Shown here one piece after another: positions 29,156-39,007 of a stretch of DNA of 64,000 bases. Below the pieces are notes generated by a model. That model was not told the origin of the DNA and did no database searches. It saw only the letters and a list, made by a program, of their open reading frames with translations. The stretch is from Candidatus Latescibacterota bacterium (GTDB taxonomy: Bacteria; Latescibacterota; UBA2968; GCA-2709665), in NCBI GenBank assembly GCA_965219455.1, contig OZ244744.1, positions 2,912,001 to 2,976,000 of the forward strand, read 5' to 3'. A program made the translations under genes and the position numbers. Every line of letters begins with the position of its first letter. Positions within the stretch are counted from its first letter, which is position 1.

Positions 29156-29213
29156 GAAACCGCCGCGGCGGCGAACGGAAAATGAACCTTTCGGTTACAA
29201 TGAAGGGGCCAAA

Positions 29214-30212
29214 ATGGCGGAAGAACCTCTAAAAGTCGCGCTCGCGGGATGCGGCGGGTTGGGCCGCGCCCACGCCAGAAACCTAGAGGCAATGGAGGGT
29301 GCGCGGCTTGTCGCCGTCTGCGACGTGGTATCGGAATCGGCCGCGCAGCTTGCCGCGCAAATGGATTCCAGCCCGAAGCCCTACGCGGATCATCGGGCTA
29401 TGCTGGAGGCGGAGAAACCGGACGCCGTGCTGGTTGTCACGCCCAATCACACCCACAGCCGCATCAGTACAGACGCGGCGCTGGCGGGCGCCCATGTGTT
29501 CTGCGAAAAACCAATGGCGCTGACCGTTGAAGACTGCGATTCGATGATCCTCGCCGCAAAACAGTCGGACGTTTTCCTGATGATAGGCTATGTGCGCCGG
29601 TTTCAGGCCGCTTACCGGGAACTCAAACGCCGGGTGGACCGGGGAGACGTGGGTGAAATTACCCTCGCGCACGCCGTACGCCTTGGCACTGGCGCGCCGG
29701 GCGGCGTCGGCGGATGGCAGACGCGGAAGGAACACTACGGCGGTATGTTTTCCATGTACAGCCACGAACTGGACCAACTCGCCTGGCTTGCCGGTGAAAT
29801 CCGCGCCGTCAATGCGGTTATGAAATATGGAGAGGACCCGCGAAACGAAATTGAAGAAAGCATCTTCATCGGCATCGAATTCGCCTCGGGCGCCATCGGC
29901 TCTTTAAGCAGCAGCCGCGTCTACCCGGTTAACAGCTACGAACTCGGCGTTGCCGGAACGGGGGGTGCGCTCAAGCTCAACGTCTCGGACGGCCCCATCC
30001 TATTCGCCCGGCACGGCGAGAAGTCCATCGCCATAGAGGTATCCCGGAACAACGGCCTGACGGACGAGATCGCTCACTTCATCGGTTGTATTCAGAGGGG
30101 CGAAGCGCCGAAATCCGACGGGAGGGACGGACGGCGTGTTGTCGCCGCGGCCGCGGCCGCGCACGAATCCGCCCGGACCGGGAAGCGAGTCGAAGTTTCG
30201 ATTATGACGTGA
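29214..30212 (+). CDS. Gfo/Idh/MocA oxidoreductase
   Basis: GCGGLG..H, TPNHTH, HVFCEKP, SHELD. Confidence 0.9.
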   Translation: MAEEPLKVALAGCGGLGRAHARNLEAMEGARLVAVCDVVSESAAQLAAQMDSSPKPYADHRAMLEAEKPDAVLVVTPNHTHSRISTDAALAGAHVFCEKPMALTVEDCDSMILAAKQSDVFLMIGYVRRFQAAYRELKRRVDRGDVGEITLAHAVRLGTGAPGGVGGWQTRKEHYGGMFSMYSHELDQLAWLAGEIRAVNAVMKYGEDPRNEIEESIFIGIEFASGAIGSLSSSRVYPVNSYELGVAGTGGALKLNVSDGPILFARHGEKSIAIEVSRNNGLTDEIAHFIGCIQRGEAPKSDGRDGRRVVAAAAAAHESARTGKRVEVSIMT

Positions 30213-30253
30213 TAAACGACCCTTGGAACGGGTTCCCTTTCGAGGAATCCCTC

Positions 30254-31990
30254 TTATCGCTCCGTGGGGCGCATATCCTGCAGAACAAGCTGCACCTGCG
30301 TCCGTCCGTTCCAGGTGTTGGCCTCCAGAGCGCAGGCAACGTCCATGCGATCGCCCCGGCGGAGCCGACCGGCCAATTCGCCCTGTCCCCACCAGACCGC
30401 GTCACATATCCGCGGGCTCGACGGCGTTGAGTCGCCCGCCCGGGCGGCGGACGACCCCGTGTCCAAATTCATTTTAAGGTGCGCCCCTTTCCCAACCGCA
30501 ATGGCGCGTTCAATCGTACAGTCTTGCACCATAAACAGCGGCGCCTCGTTTCCGGGACCGAACGGCGACAGTGCAGACAGCGCCGAGACCATATCCAGTG
30601 AAATTTCCACTGGCCGAAGCGCGGCATCCAGTTCCAGCCGGGTTTTCATATCCCCATCCGAAATCCGCTCCGCCGCATCGGCCTCCAACCGGACCCTGAA
30701 CGCTTCATAATGCCCGAGGGGACCGGTAAAGCCGGCCGCATCGGCGTGCCCGCCGTACTCGGTCAGCAGGTCAGCACAGCGAAAGATAGCCTCCGCTATA
30801 TTGTAGCCTGCCGCGGAACGCGCCGACCCCGTAAAACTTCCATCCCCGCGAACCTCTGTACAGGCGATGCCAGGCCTGCCGTACTGCTCCGCCAGGCGAC
30901 CCGCGATCAACCCCACCACGCCCAGGTGCCAGCTTTCGCCTTTAGCAACCAGAATCCGGTTTTGGCCCAGCCCCATCGATTCCACCTGCTCCACCGCCTG
31001 TTTTACGCCTGCAAGCTGGAGCTGTCGCCGCTGTCGGTTGAGCGCGTTCAACCGCTCCGCCAGGCGGGCCGCCTCGTTCGCCTCCGCGGTGCGCAGCAGG
31101 TCCAGCGCCAGGTCCGCGGAGGCCAGCCGCCCGGCGCTGTTGATGCGCGGCCCCAGGAAGTATCCGATCGCCGTTGTATCCACGGGCCGGGTATCGGCGC
31201 CGGCTACCGCTTTCAGGGCCTGGAGCCCCGGACGCTGCGTCCGATCCAGAATCTGCAGTCCCCTGCGGGTGAGCAACCGGTTCTCACCCAGCATGGGCGC
31301 GACGTCCGCCACCGTTCCCAGAGCAACCAGATCCAGCAGCGAATTCAGATAAGCCCTGCGTTCCGATGCCTCGACCAGTGTATCCGAAAGGGCCTGCACC
31401 GCCTTGAACGCCACACCCACGGCCGCAAGTCCCTTAAACGCATAGCCGCAATCCGGGCGGTTGGGATTGACGACGGCCAGCGCGTCGGGCAGCCGACCCT
31501 GAGGCTCGTGATGATCGGTGACCAACACGTCGATGCCGGCCGCATTCGCCGCCTCAACCGCCTCAAACGAGGAAATGCCGTTGTCCGCCGTCACGATCAG
31601 CCCCGCGCCCGCGTCGATCGCTCGCTGGACGCCAGGTGGTTTCATCCCGTATCCGTCCCGGTAACGGTCCGGCAGGATGGCCACGGCATCCGCTCCCACC
31701 CTGTCCAGAAAATCCATCAATACGGCCGTACTCGTCACCCCGTCCACGTCATAGTCGCCAAATACGACGATGCGCTCGCCCGAGCGAACCGCCTTCACAA
31801 TCCGCTCCGTGAGGCAGTCCATGTCCTTCATGGAAAACGGGTCCTGAAGGTTTTCGGGAGAATCCGCGATATCGTCGGCCGTCAAACTGCGGTTTGCCAT
31901 CACCACGTCCACGAGCGGCTCGGCCGAACCGTCCGCGCTGGAATCTGAATCCCTCGTATGCCTGAGCGTCCAGATTGGGTATTTTTGCAT
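30254..31990 (-). CDS. recJ: Single-stranded-DNA-specific exonuclease RecJ
   Basis: FGDYDVDG, TADNG, TDHH, LGTVAD, GPRINSAGRL, GSARS, GGH..AAG, PFG.GN. Confidence 0.95.
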   Translation of the reverse strand: MQKYPIWTLRHTRDSDSSADGSAEPLVDVVMANRSLTADDIADSPENLQDPFSMKDMDCLTERIVKAVRSGERIVVFGDYDVDGVTSTAVLMDFLDRVGADAVAILPDRYRDGYGMKPPGVQRAIDAGAGLIVTADNGISSFEAVEAANAAGIDVLVTDHHEPQGRLPDALAVVNPNRPDCGYAFKGLAAVGVAFKAVQALSDTLVEASERRAYLNSLLDLVALGTVADVAPMLGENRLLTRRGLQILDRTQRPGLQALKAVAGADTRPVDTTAIGYFLGPRINSAGRLASADLALDLLRTAEANEAARLAERLNALNRQRRQLQLAGVKQAVEQVESMGLGQNRILVAKGESWHLGVVGLIAGRLAEQYGRPGIACTEVRGDGSFTGSARSAAGYNIAEAIFRCADLLTEYGGHADAAGFTGPLGHYEAFRVRLEADAAERISDGDMKTRLELDAALRPVEISLDMVSALSALSPFGPGNEAPLFMVQDCTIERAIAVGKGAHLKMNLDTGSSAARAGDSTPSSPRICDAVWWGQGELAGRLRRGDRMDVACALEANTWNGRTQVQLVLQDMRPTER

Positions 31991-32079
31991 CGATGCCTCA
32001 TCGTGTATGCGATTGGCTCTCAAATGGGAACGGCGACTGAAATATAATGACTCTACACGGCAAACAAAACACAACTATG

Positions 32080-32200
32080 AGTCAGCGATCAGCTATCAGC
32101 TGTCAGCGTTCAGCCAAAACCGGTTGGCGATAAGGCCCGGTGATGGCAATTTGCAATTTCCGCGCCATTAGGGGGCAACCACAAGGGTTGCCCCTACAAG
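32080..32200. repeat. 7-bp tandem (TCAGCNN) repeat plus GTAG-type REP palindrome
   Basis: GTCAGCGATCAGCTATCAGCTGTCAGCGTTCAGCCAAAACCGGTT; AGGGGCAACCACAAGGGTTGCCCCTAC; related copies ~35630, 56520, 58037, 58503, 58565. Confidence 0.65.
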
Positions 32201-32577
32201 ACCAATGACGGCGCACGGTGGTGGCGTTGGGGGTTTTTCCGCGCTAGTCCGTTCAGCAATGTGGTACGGGATCGCTCCAATGGGCCACAGGGCAACGACG
32301 CTGGCAATCTCCTGTGAAGCGATTCGTGGAAAAACCGGCCCCGTGCCGAACGGCGCCGTTCTTTTTGGTCCTTTTTCTTGCGTACAAGAAAAAGGACGTA
32401 AAAAAAGAAAAAACAAGATGATGCGAGAAAAATGCCCCACGGGCCCGGAGCATAAGCATTTTTCGCCGTTTGCATTGTTGCCCCGCCTCCGGCGGGTGCG
32501 GCCGGATGACAATGCCTTTCAGAAAAAGAAAATGGTTGGCGCATCAAGCGAATTCCGTATATTTGTCACCCGGATGT

Positions 32578-32988
32578 ATGACCCGGAGTCAACCCGAATT
32601 AAAGACGGTCCCTGGTTTGCCCAGAATTTTGCTCGCGGAAGATGGTCCGACAGCCATGACCCTCGCCGTTGGTCTGTTCGATCATCGAAACGTCGAACTG
32701 GACGTGGTCACCGACGGTCGCAGCGCCCTGGAAACCCTCGCCGAAAATCCCAGGGCGTACGCCCTTGTCATTCTCGCATACGATCTACCGGAAATCAGCG
32801 GGCTTGATTGCATTCGTTTCATTCGGAAAATGCTCGCCCGTCTTCCAATGCTGGTTCTCATAGAAACCCCAGGTCCGGATCGCCTGGAGGAACTTGCCGG
32901 TCTCGGTATCTCACACGGGCACATCCTGGAAAAGCCCGCAACGCCCGAGTCCCTCGCCGCCCGCGTGGGGAAGATGCTGAATATCTGA
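32578..32988 (+). CDS. Stand-alone receiver-like protein (atypical)
   Basis: RILLAED, DG..AL, LVILAYDLPEISG, LEKP; Ala at the phosphoacceptor position. Confidence 0.75.
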   Translation: MTRSQPELKTVPGLPRILLAEDGPTAMTLAVGLFDHRNVELDVVTDGRSALETLAENPRAYALVILAYDLPEISGLDCIRFIRKMLARLPMLVLIETPGPDRLEELAGLGISHGHILEKPATPESLAARVGKMLNI

Positions 32989-33080
32989 GAAGCTTTTTTT
33001 GAAACAAAATACACTCTTGAGAATCATATATTTACGAACGAGCGGTCAGTTCTTGTCAGCGCAATTTCAAAGGAGTTTTC

Positions 33081-33473
33081 ATGTCGCGGCACTTTGATAC
33101 CGTAAAGGCTTATCTTCAGGACCTCGAGCTGGTCATTGAAGAAGAAGATTCCGGCGAGGAACTGGTGGTCGTCACCGACGAAGACCGGGGGATCCACCGG
33201 CTTATTGTCGATTGTGAAGATCCCATTCTCATCCTGGAACAGGCCATCATGCCTATCCCGAAAATCCCCGGCGACCTCTACAAGCGTCTGCTGGAATTAA
33301 ACCGGACACTCATCCACGGCGCCTTCGCCCTCGACGAGGAAACCGGAACCGTTCTGTTCCGTGATACACTTCGCCTCGATACGCTGGACCGGGCGGAAAT
33401 CGAAGGCACGATCAGCGCGCTGGGCCTGGCCCTGGGCGAGAACGCCGAAGAACTCTTGAGTTACAGCAAATAA
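33081..33473 (+). CDS. YbjN/CesT-like chaperone-fold protein
   Basis: LYKRLLELNRTLIHGAFALD...FRDTL.L..LD..E; directly upstream of pspA. Confidence 0.75.
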   Translation: MSRHFDTVKAYLQDLELVIEEEDSGEELVVVTDEDRGIHRLIVDCEDPILILEQAIMPIPKIPGDLYKRLLELNRTLIHGAFALDEETGTVLFRDTLRLDTLDRAEIEGTISALGLALGENAEELLSYSK

Positions 33474-33564
33474 TAGTGAGAGCGGGGATCGAACTCACGG
33501 AGATGCAATCCATTACGTTTTCCGATCCCCGGCCTCTGAATTTCATTTCAGACAGGAGCACGAC

Positions 33565-34266
33565 ATGGGCGTCTTTCAGCGCATCTTTCGCGTGGGCAAG
33601 GCCGAAGTACACTCAGCCATCGACAAACTCGAAGATCCGATTCGCCTGACGGAACAGGGCATCCGGGATCTCAAGAACGATCTCAGTAACGCGATGACCA
33701 GTCTTGCCGAAGTCAAGGGGCAGGGCATCCGTCTGCGTAAACAGGCATCGGACGGCAAGAAAGCCGCGGCGGACTATGAACGCAAAGCCATGGCGCTGCT
33801 CCAGAAAGCCCAGAACAGCGATATCGACTCCGCGGAAGCCGACCGCCTGGCCGCCGAAGCGCTCGCTCGTAAAGAGGAAAACGTGAACCGGGCGGCCACG
33901 CTGAGCCAGAACGCCAAACAGCAGGAGGAAATGGCCGCTCAGCTACAGACCCAGGTGGACAAACTCAAGTCCTCCATCGCCGGGTACGAAAACGAGCTGG
34001 TTACACTGCGCGCCCGTGCCCGGACGGCGGCGGCAACAAAGAAAATCAACAAGCAACTCGCGAAAGTGGACTCTAACGGCACGCTTGCCATGCTCGAACG
34101 CATGAAGGAGCGGGTGGAAGAAGACGAGTCCCTTTCGCAGGCCTACGGCGAGGTGGCCGACGCTTCCAAGAGCGTGGACGAAGAGATTGACGCCGCGTTA
34201 CAGGAAAAGAACCCCGGCTCCGACAAACTGGCCGAACTTAAAAGTAAAATGGGAATTCAAGCGTAA
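33565..34266 (+). CDS. pspA: PspA/IM30 family protein
   Basis: MGVF.R...KAE....DKLEDP..L.EQ.IRD, coiled coil, LERM.ERV...E. Confidence 0.92.
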   Translation: MGVFQRIFRVGKAEVHSAIDKLEDPIRLTEQGIRDLKNDLSNAMTSLAEVKGQGIRLRKQASDGKKAAADYERKAMALLQKAQNSDIDSAEADRLAAEALARKEENVNRAATLSQNAKQQEEMAAQLQTQVDKLKSSIAGYENELVTLRARARTAAATKKINKQLAKVDSNGTLAMLERMKERVEEDESLSQAYGEVADASKSVDEEIDAALQEKNPGSDKLAELKSKMGIQA

Positions 34267-34323
34267 ATCCGGCACGTCGTCGTCGCCGGGAATTCAGGTA
34301 CCTGGTGCGGGGGTGGTGATCCC

Positions 34324-34857
34324 ATGAACTGGAATCCCTTCAAGAAAAAAAGGGACGAATCCGACCCTGTGGTCGACTTCACACTGTCCGACCTCAAGCC
34401 CGGCTACGTGGTCGATTATGACCTCAAGACCTGGAAGGTCACCGCACAGAATTATTACGATTACGACGGAGACCGCGTGGACGAATGGGAATTGACCTGC
34501 GCCGATGATGTCGTGTACCTGGAACGGGAGGAGGACGACGGCCTTTGCTGGACCCTTTCACGCAAGGTGCCTGTCTCCCGGCTTGACGGCGACCCGCAGT
34601 CCCACGTCGTCGAACACGAAGACCCGCCTGAAGAGGTAACCTGCAACGGTACCACCTATTTCGCGGAATCCTCCGACGCCGGTGAGTTTTACAAAGACGG
34701 CGCAGAGACCCCGCGGGAATTGATCGTATGGGAGTACCTGGACGATTCCGAACGAAAGACCCTGTCCATCGAACAGTGGGGCGAGGACGACTTTGAAGCC
34801 TCGATCGGCGAAATCGTAGAGGAATACCAATTCAGCGATATCCTGCCAATCGAATAG
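34324..34857 (+). CDS. DUF4178-family protein
   Basis: L.PG..V.YD...W.V, EW.L, L..E.DD, LSIEQWG...E...G; acidic; psp context. Confidence 0.75.
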   Translation: MNWNPFKKKRDESDPVVDFTLSDLKPGYVVDYDLKTWKVTAQNYYDYDGDRVDEWELTCADDVVYLEREEDDGLCWTLSRKVPVSRLDGDPQSHVVEHEDPPEEVTCNGTTYFAESSDAGEFYKDGAETPRELIVWEYLDDSERKTLSIEQWGEDDFEASIGEIVEEYQFSDILPIE

Positions 34858-34871
34858 ACGTTTTTGGATAA

Positions 34872-34914
34872 GCAAAACAGGGCAGACGACATCCCGTCGT
34901 CTGCCCTGTTTTGC
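34872..34914. terminator. Bidirectional intrinsic terminator
   Basis: Perfect 19-bp stem GCAAAACAGGGCAGACGAC/GTCGTCTGCCCTGTTTTGC between convergent genes. Confidence 0.75.
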
Positions 34915-34929
34915 CGTCACACGTTCCGG

Positions 34930-35601
34930 TCAAACCAGGAACCGCAATCTGCTCTCCCGGCCGGCGCGTATTTTTGCGCAGTGATCGTCGAGGTTCAGCA
35001 TCTCGACCAGACTCACGCCTCTCTCCATTTCCGCAATCATGTGCGCCTCTTTCCTCTGCACCTCTTCCGCAATGGGTATTACCTCGGCTATCTCCTCGTC
35101 AGCCGCCACGATCAGTCCGTCGTCGTCTCCGAATACGATTTCGCCCGGATGGACGCGAACGCCGCCGCATAAAACGGGGATCTGCGTCTCAAAGACTCGA
35201 TCCGTTGTGCCGGAAACCGGGCTGACCGACCGTGCGAAATAGGGAAATCCCAACTGACGAATTACGGCCGTATCCCTGCACGGTCCGTCGTTGACAATCC
35301 CCGCCAGCCCCTTGCGCCTCGCCTCGGTTGGAAACAATCCCCCGGTCAGCGCCTTCCGGCTCCCCTGGGAATCGATCACCAGGACCTCCCCGGGCAAGGC
35401 ATCGCGCAGGGCCAGGATCACGGTCAGAAAGTCCTCGCGGCAGGTCACCGTATGCGCGCGTCCGATCAGCCGGAGGCCGGGTGTGATGGACCGGACAGCG
35501 GGGTCGACGGCCCTGACGGGTCGACCGAGCGCCTTGTATCCATCGCAGACACACGCGGCGTCCAGGCGGGAGAGGCGTTGCCTGATTTCGTCGAAATTCA
35601 T
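34930..35601 (-). CDS. RraA-like / HMG aldolase family protein
   Basis: G.A.TV, PGEVLVID, G.V.DG.CRD, GGV.V.PG..V.GD.DG. Confidence 0.85.
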   Translation of the reverse strand: MNFDEIRQRLSRLDAACVCDGYKALGRPVRAVDPAVRSITPGLRLIGRAHTVTCREDFLTVILALRDALPGEVLVIDSQGSRKALTGGLFPTEARRKGLAGIVNDGPCRDTAVIRQLGFPYFARSVSPVSGTTDRVFETQIPVLCGGVRVHPGEIVFGDDDGLIVAADEEIAEVIPIAEEVQRKEAHMIAEMERGVSLVEMLNLDDHCAKIRAGRESRLRFLV

Positions 35602-35722
35602 CCTGTGTCCCCTTCCTGGTCTTACAAACAGCTATCAGCGGTCAGCCAAAACCGGTTAGCGATATGGCCTGGCGAAAACAATTAACAGATGACCTCGTCT
35701 TCCCTCTCACCGAAATTCGCGT

Positions 35723-37327
35723 TTACCAACCCCACTCTCCCTCCCGGTAATACCGATCCACAACCGGCGCCAATTCCGTATTCACGTCCACGTCCGCAAC
35801 GCCATCGAACATCCCCTTCCAGAAATGCAACATGCCCGCCATTGCCTCGCGGTTCAGGAAGACCGTTTCGACGTCCGAAAAACGCAGCGCCAGCGCCCGG
35901 CGTTTCAGATCCGGTTCCGAAATTACCTCTGCCTTCATGCTCAGATGCCATCCCCAATCTCCCATGGTCGGAATCGCGTTGTGATAGGGCACGACGTGGA
36001 ACCCTGCCGCCTTCAGGGTCCGGTACACGCACAGAAAAGCCCGTCTGGCGTGGAGGGGGCTCGAACTCTGCGTCACGAAAATTCCGTACCGGGAGAGATG
36101 CCGCTTGCAGGCCGTATAGAACTCCTTTGAATATAACCGGGCGAGGTCCGGCCCCTTGGGGTCCGGCAAATCAACCAGAATGACATCGTAAATTTCCTCG
36201 GCATCTGCCAGAAACCGTCCCGCGTCCCGGTTCACGACTTCGACGCGTTCATCGTCCAATGCCCCTGCATTGGCATCCATGAACACAGGATGGGTTCGCG
36301 CCAGCCGGATCACTTCAGGGTCCAGGTCCACCAGCGTCACCCGTTTTACGTCGCCGTATTTCAATACTTCCCGGAGTGCCAGTCCATCGCCCCCACCCAG
36401 AATCAGCACCCGCTCCCTGGATGCCGCCAATCCCATTGCCGGATGCACGAGTGGTTCGTGGTATCGTTCTTCGTCGTACGTGCTGAATTGCATACCGCCG
36501 TTCAGGTACAGCCAGTGATACCCCTTCCACTCCGTCATCACAATCCGCTGATAGGGGGTTTGCGTCTCAAATATCACGCGGTCTCGATGTCGGCTCTGCT
36601 CGCCGAACCGCACAATCGGCTTCATGTATGCGCCCAGGGTGACCAGTCCGGCCGCGGTGACCCAGAACGCGGCGATCAGCGCCCGGCGCCGCGCCAGCAG
36701 GCCTCGATAACGCCACAACAGCGCTGACGCAACGGCGAAATTCACCGTTCCCAGCGCAATGGGCGTATAGGTCAGTCCCAGCTTCGGCAACGCGAAAAAC
36801 GCAAATAGCAACCCACCCGCCAGCGCGCCGTAATAGTCCTTCTCCATGACGGACGCGATATTGGTTCGCAGCACCTCATAGGCGTTGTTCATGCGCGTTA
36901 CCAGTGGAATCTCAAGTCCAATCAGAAATCCTATGGCTCCCGCGTAACCATAAATAATGGCGCTCGTCTCCCCGACGAACGCCGTACCCCAATAGGCCGC
37001 TGCGGCGGGCGTTGCACACAGCGCCGAAAGAATGAACTCTATTGCAATAAACCGGTCCAGCAACCGCTCCGACAGATGCCGGCTCAGCCGGCTTCCGAGC
37101 CCCATCGTAAAAAACATCAACGACATCACCAGCGTCCACTGCAACGTCGTGTTTCCGAGCAGGTAACTGGCCAGCGTGGACAACACAAATTCCGCGACGA
37201 TACCCGCCAGCCCGGTCGCGAACAGGCACGCCTTCAACAGCCGGCCTCTTCCCGAACCGCCCGACGTTACCGCATGGGTCGCTTCGATGGCTCCACGGTC
37301 TTCGGGGACGCTGTTTTTTGCCGCCAT
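35723..37327 (-). CDS. speE: Membrane-anchored polyamine aminopropyltransferase
   Basis: N-terminal TM region, TPYQ.I, QFS..DE.RYHE.LVHP, LILGGGDG, DLD, DLPDP. Confidence 0.9.
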   Translation of the reverse strand: MAAKNSVPEDRGAIEATHAVTSGGSGRGRLLKACLFATGLAGIVAEFVLSTLASYLLGNTTLQWTLVMSLMFFTMGLGSRLSRHLSERLLDRFIAIEFILSALCATPAAAAYWGTAFVGETSAIIYGYAGAIGFLIGLEIPLVTRMNNAYEVLRTNIASVMEKDYYGALAGGLLFAFFALPKLGLTYTPIALGTVNFAVASALLWRYRGLLARRRALIAAFWVTAAGLVTLGAYMKPIVRFGEQSRHRDRVIFETQTPYQRIVMTEWKGYHWLYLNGGMQFSTYDEERYHEPLVHPAMGLAASRERVLILGGGDGLALREVLKYGDVKRVTLVDLDPEVIRLARTHPVFMDANAGALDDERVEVVNRDAGRFLADAEEIYDVILVDLPDPKGPDLARLYSKEFYTACKRHLSRYGIFVTQSSSPLHARRAFLCVYRTLKAAGFHVVPYHNAIPTMGDWGWHLSMKAEVISEPDLKRRALALRFSDVETVFLNREAMAGMLHFWKGMFDGVADVDVNTELAPVVDRYYREGEWGW

Positions 37328-37348
37328 ACCCTCTTCTTCTGTCCCTCG

Positions 37349-38158
37349 CTATACCGCCTTACACGTCAACCCGCCGTCCACGACGAGTTCGGCGCCGGTG
37401 ACGTATTTCGCCTCGTCCGAAGCCAGATACAAGGCGGCGTAAGCCACGTCCCAGGCATCGCCCATCCGGCCCATGGGACACTGACTGTCGCGGATTTCAA
37501 TCATCTTCTCCGCGTCGCCCTTCGCGTAGAATTCGGCCAGCGATTTCGCCACCATGGGCGTATTCATGAATCCGGGCAATATGGAGTTGGCGCGGATATT
37601 CTTCCTTGCATACTGCATGGCAATACTCTGGGTGAGTTGATTCACTCCACCCTTGGTTGCGCTGTAGGAAACATAGGGCACGCCCAGCCAGCGGATCGAG
37701 GTGATTGAAGAAATATTCACAATCGCCCCTCCGCCCTGGCGTTCCATCTGGGGAAGCACGTGCTTACAGGTCAGAAACATACTCTTGAGATTCACGTCAA
37801 CCACGCGATCCCAGGTTTCCTCGCTGAGTTCAACGCAACCGCCCACCTGCAGGATGCCGACGTTGTTGTGCAGAATGTCAATTCGGTCGTACGTGTGAAG
37901 GCACCGCGCGACCATTGCTTCCACGTCTTCCGACCGCGACACATCCGCCGTGTGGGCCACACATTCCCCTCCCTCACGCGCGGTCATGTCACGGGTCTCC
38001 TCCGCCGCCTCGGAATTGATGTCGACGGCGAATACACGGGCGCCTTCTCGCGCAAAGAGAACGGACGTCGCCTTGCCGTTACCCCATCCGGGCCCGACCG
38101 AACCGGCCCCCGTTACGATCGCGACCTTGTCCTTCAGCCGATTTCCCATTGTACCCAT
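37349..38158 (-). CDS. SDR family oxidoreductase
   Basis: TGAG....G.G, NNVG, YSATK, VDGG. Confidence 0.92.
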   Translation of the reverse strand: MGTMGNRLKDKVAIVTGAGSVGPGWGNGKATSVLFAREGARVFAVDINSEAAEETRDMTAREGGECVAHTADVSRSEDVEAMVARCLHTYDRIDILHNNVGILQVGGCVELSEETWDRVVDVNLKSMFLTCKHVLPQMERQGGGAIVNISSITSIRWLGVPYVSYSATKGGVNQLTQSIAMQYARKNIRANSILPGFMNTPMVAKSLAEFYAKGDAEKMIEIRDSQCPMGRMGDAWDVAYAALYLASDEAKYVTGAELVVDGGLTCKAV

Positions 38159-38161
38159 TTT

Positions 38162-39007
38162 CTACAAGGCCCACACGATCAGCAGCGACGCACCCACGTA
38201 TGAAAACGCTTCAATACATCCGGCGCCCAGGTGCGGTTTCTCGGGATCCGAAATTTCCGCCGACAGATTCAAACCCGGCAACAGGATCTTGTCCGTGGCA
38301 AGACGCACTACGAGAAGCAGGACGATCCCGATGACCACCTCAAGCGCGAAGTCCTGCAGGCTCGTCGTCCAGGAAATAAAGTCTCCGGCAACCGCGTGCC
38401 GCACCACAATGCCGACACCCACCAGCGCGCCCGCAAAAGCCACGCCCGCCGCCACGTTGTCCCGTTCGATTTCCGTATGCAGATCGTAAGGCGTCACCCA
38501 GTTGTAGGCGATGCCCGCCAGCACCAGCGCCGCCTGTCCCAACACCCAGAACACGACCGTTGTGCCCACGCCGCCCAGTTCGCCCGACACGGCTCCGAAA
38601 ATCACCAGACCGGTGGCGATGTAGGAGGCGCATACAACGGCTCCAGTGCCGGCATTCTGATCCCGGATGATTTCATCCCGAATCGAGAACTGGTGCAGGA
38701 TCAGCCGGTCGTTGATGATCCGTGACAGATTCATCAGCACAATCGACAAGGGGCCGTAAATGAGCACGTCGATCAGGTCAAGCTCCAGCCCATGCGACGG
38801 CCCGGAAATCACCCCTCCTATGGCCATCACCAGTCCGAAAAAGTACCCCACCATTGCCACGGACAGGGCGGTGTTGTCCTTCTCCACAAGCTCTTCCTTC
38901 ACGCGGTAGCTCGGCGTGGTCCAGTCGTATACCAGCTTGCCAATCCAGAACAAGACATACGCGCAGACCAGATAAATCCCCGATTCCAGCAAACTGTCCC
39001 ACATCAT
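38162..39007 (-). CDS. DUF350-family membrane protein (tandem domains)
   Basis: Repeated E....DN.A.(G/S) motifs between TM helices; start overlaps upstream stop. Confidence 0.8.
   Translation of the reverse strand: MMWDSLLESGIYLVCAYVLFWIGKLVYDWTTPSYRVKEELVEKDNTALSVAMVGYFFGLVMAIGGVISGPSHGLELDLIDVLIYGPLSIVLMNLSRIINDRLILHQFSIRDEIIRDQNAGTGAVVCASYIATGLVIFGAVSGELGGVGTTVVFWVLGQAALVLAGIAYNWVTPYDLHTEIERDNVAAGVAFAGALVGVGIVVRHAVAGDFISWTTSLQDFALEVVIGIVLLLVVRLATDKILLPGLNLSAEISDPEKPHLGAGCIEAFSYVGASLLIVWAL

Noticed and set aside
32168-32547. Small ORFs in repeat regions (also 11083-11836, 45314-45780, 56049-56495)
   Set aside because: Translations of palindromic repeat elements that recur at each copy, with no independent coding evidence.
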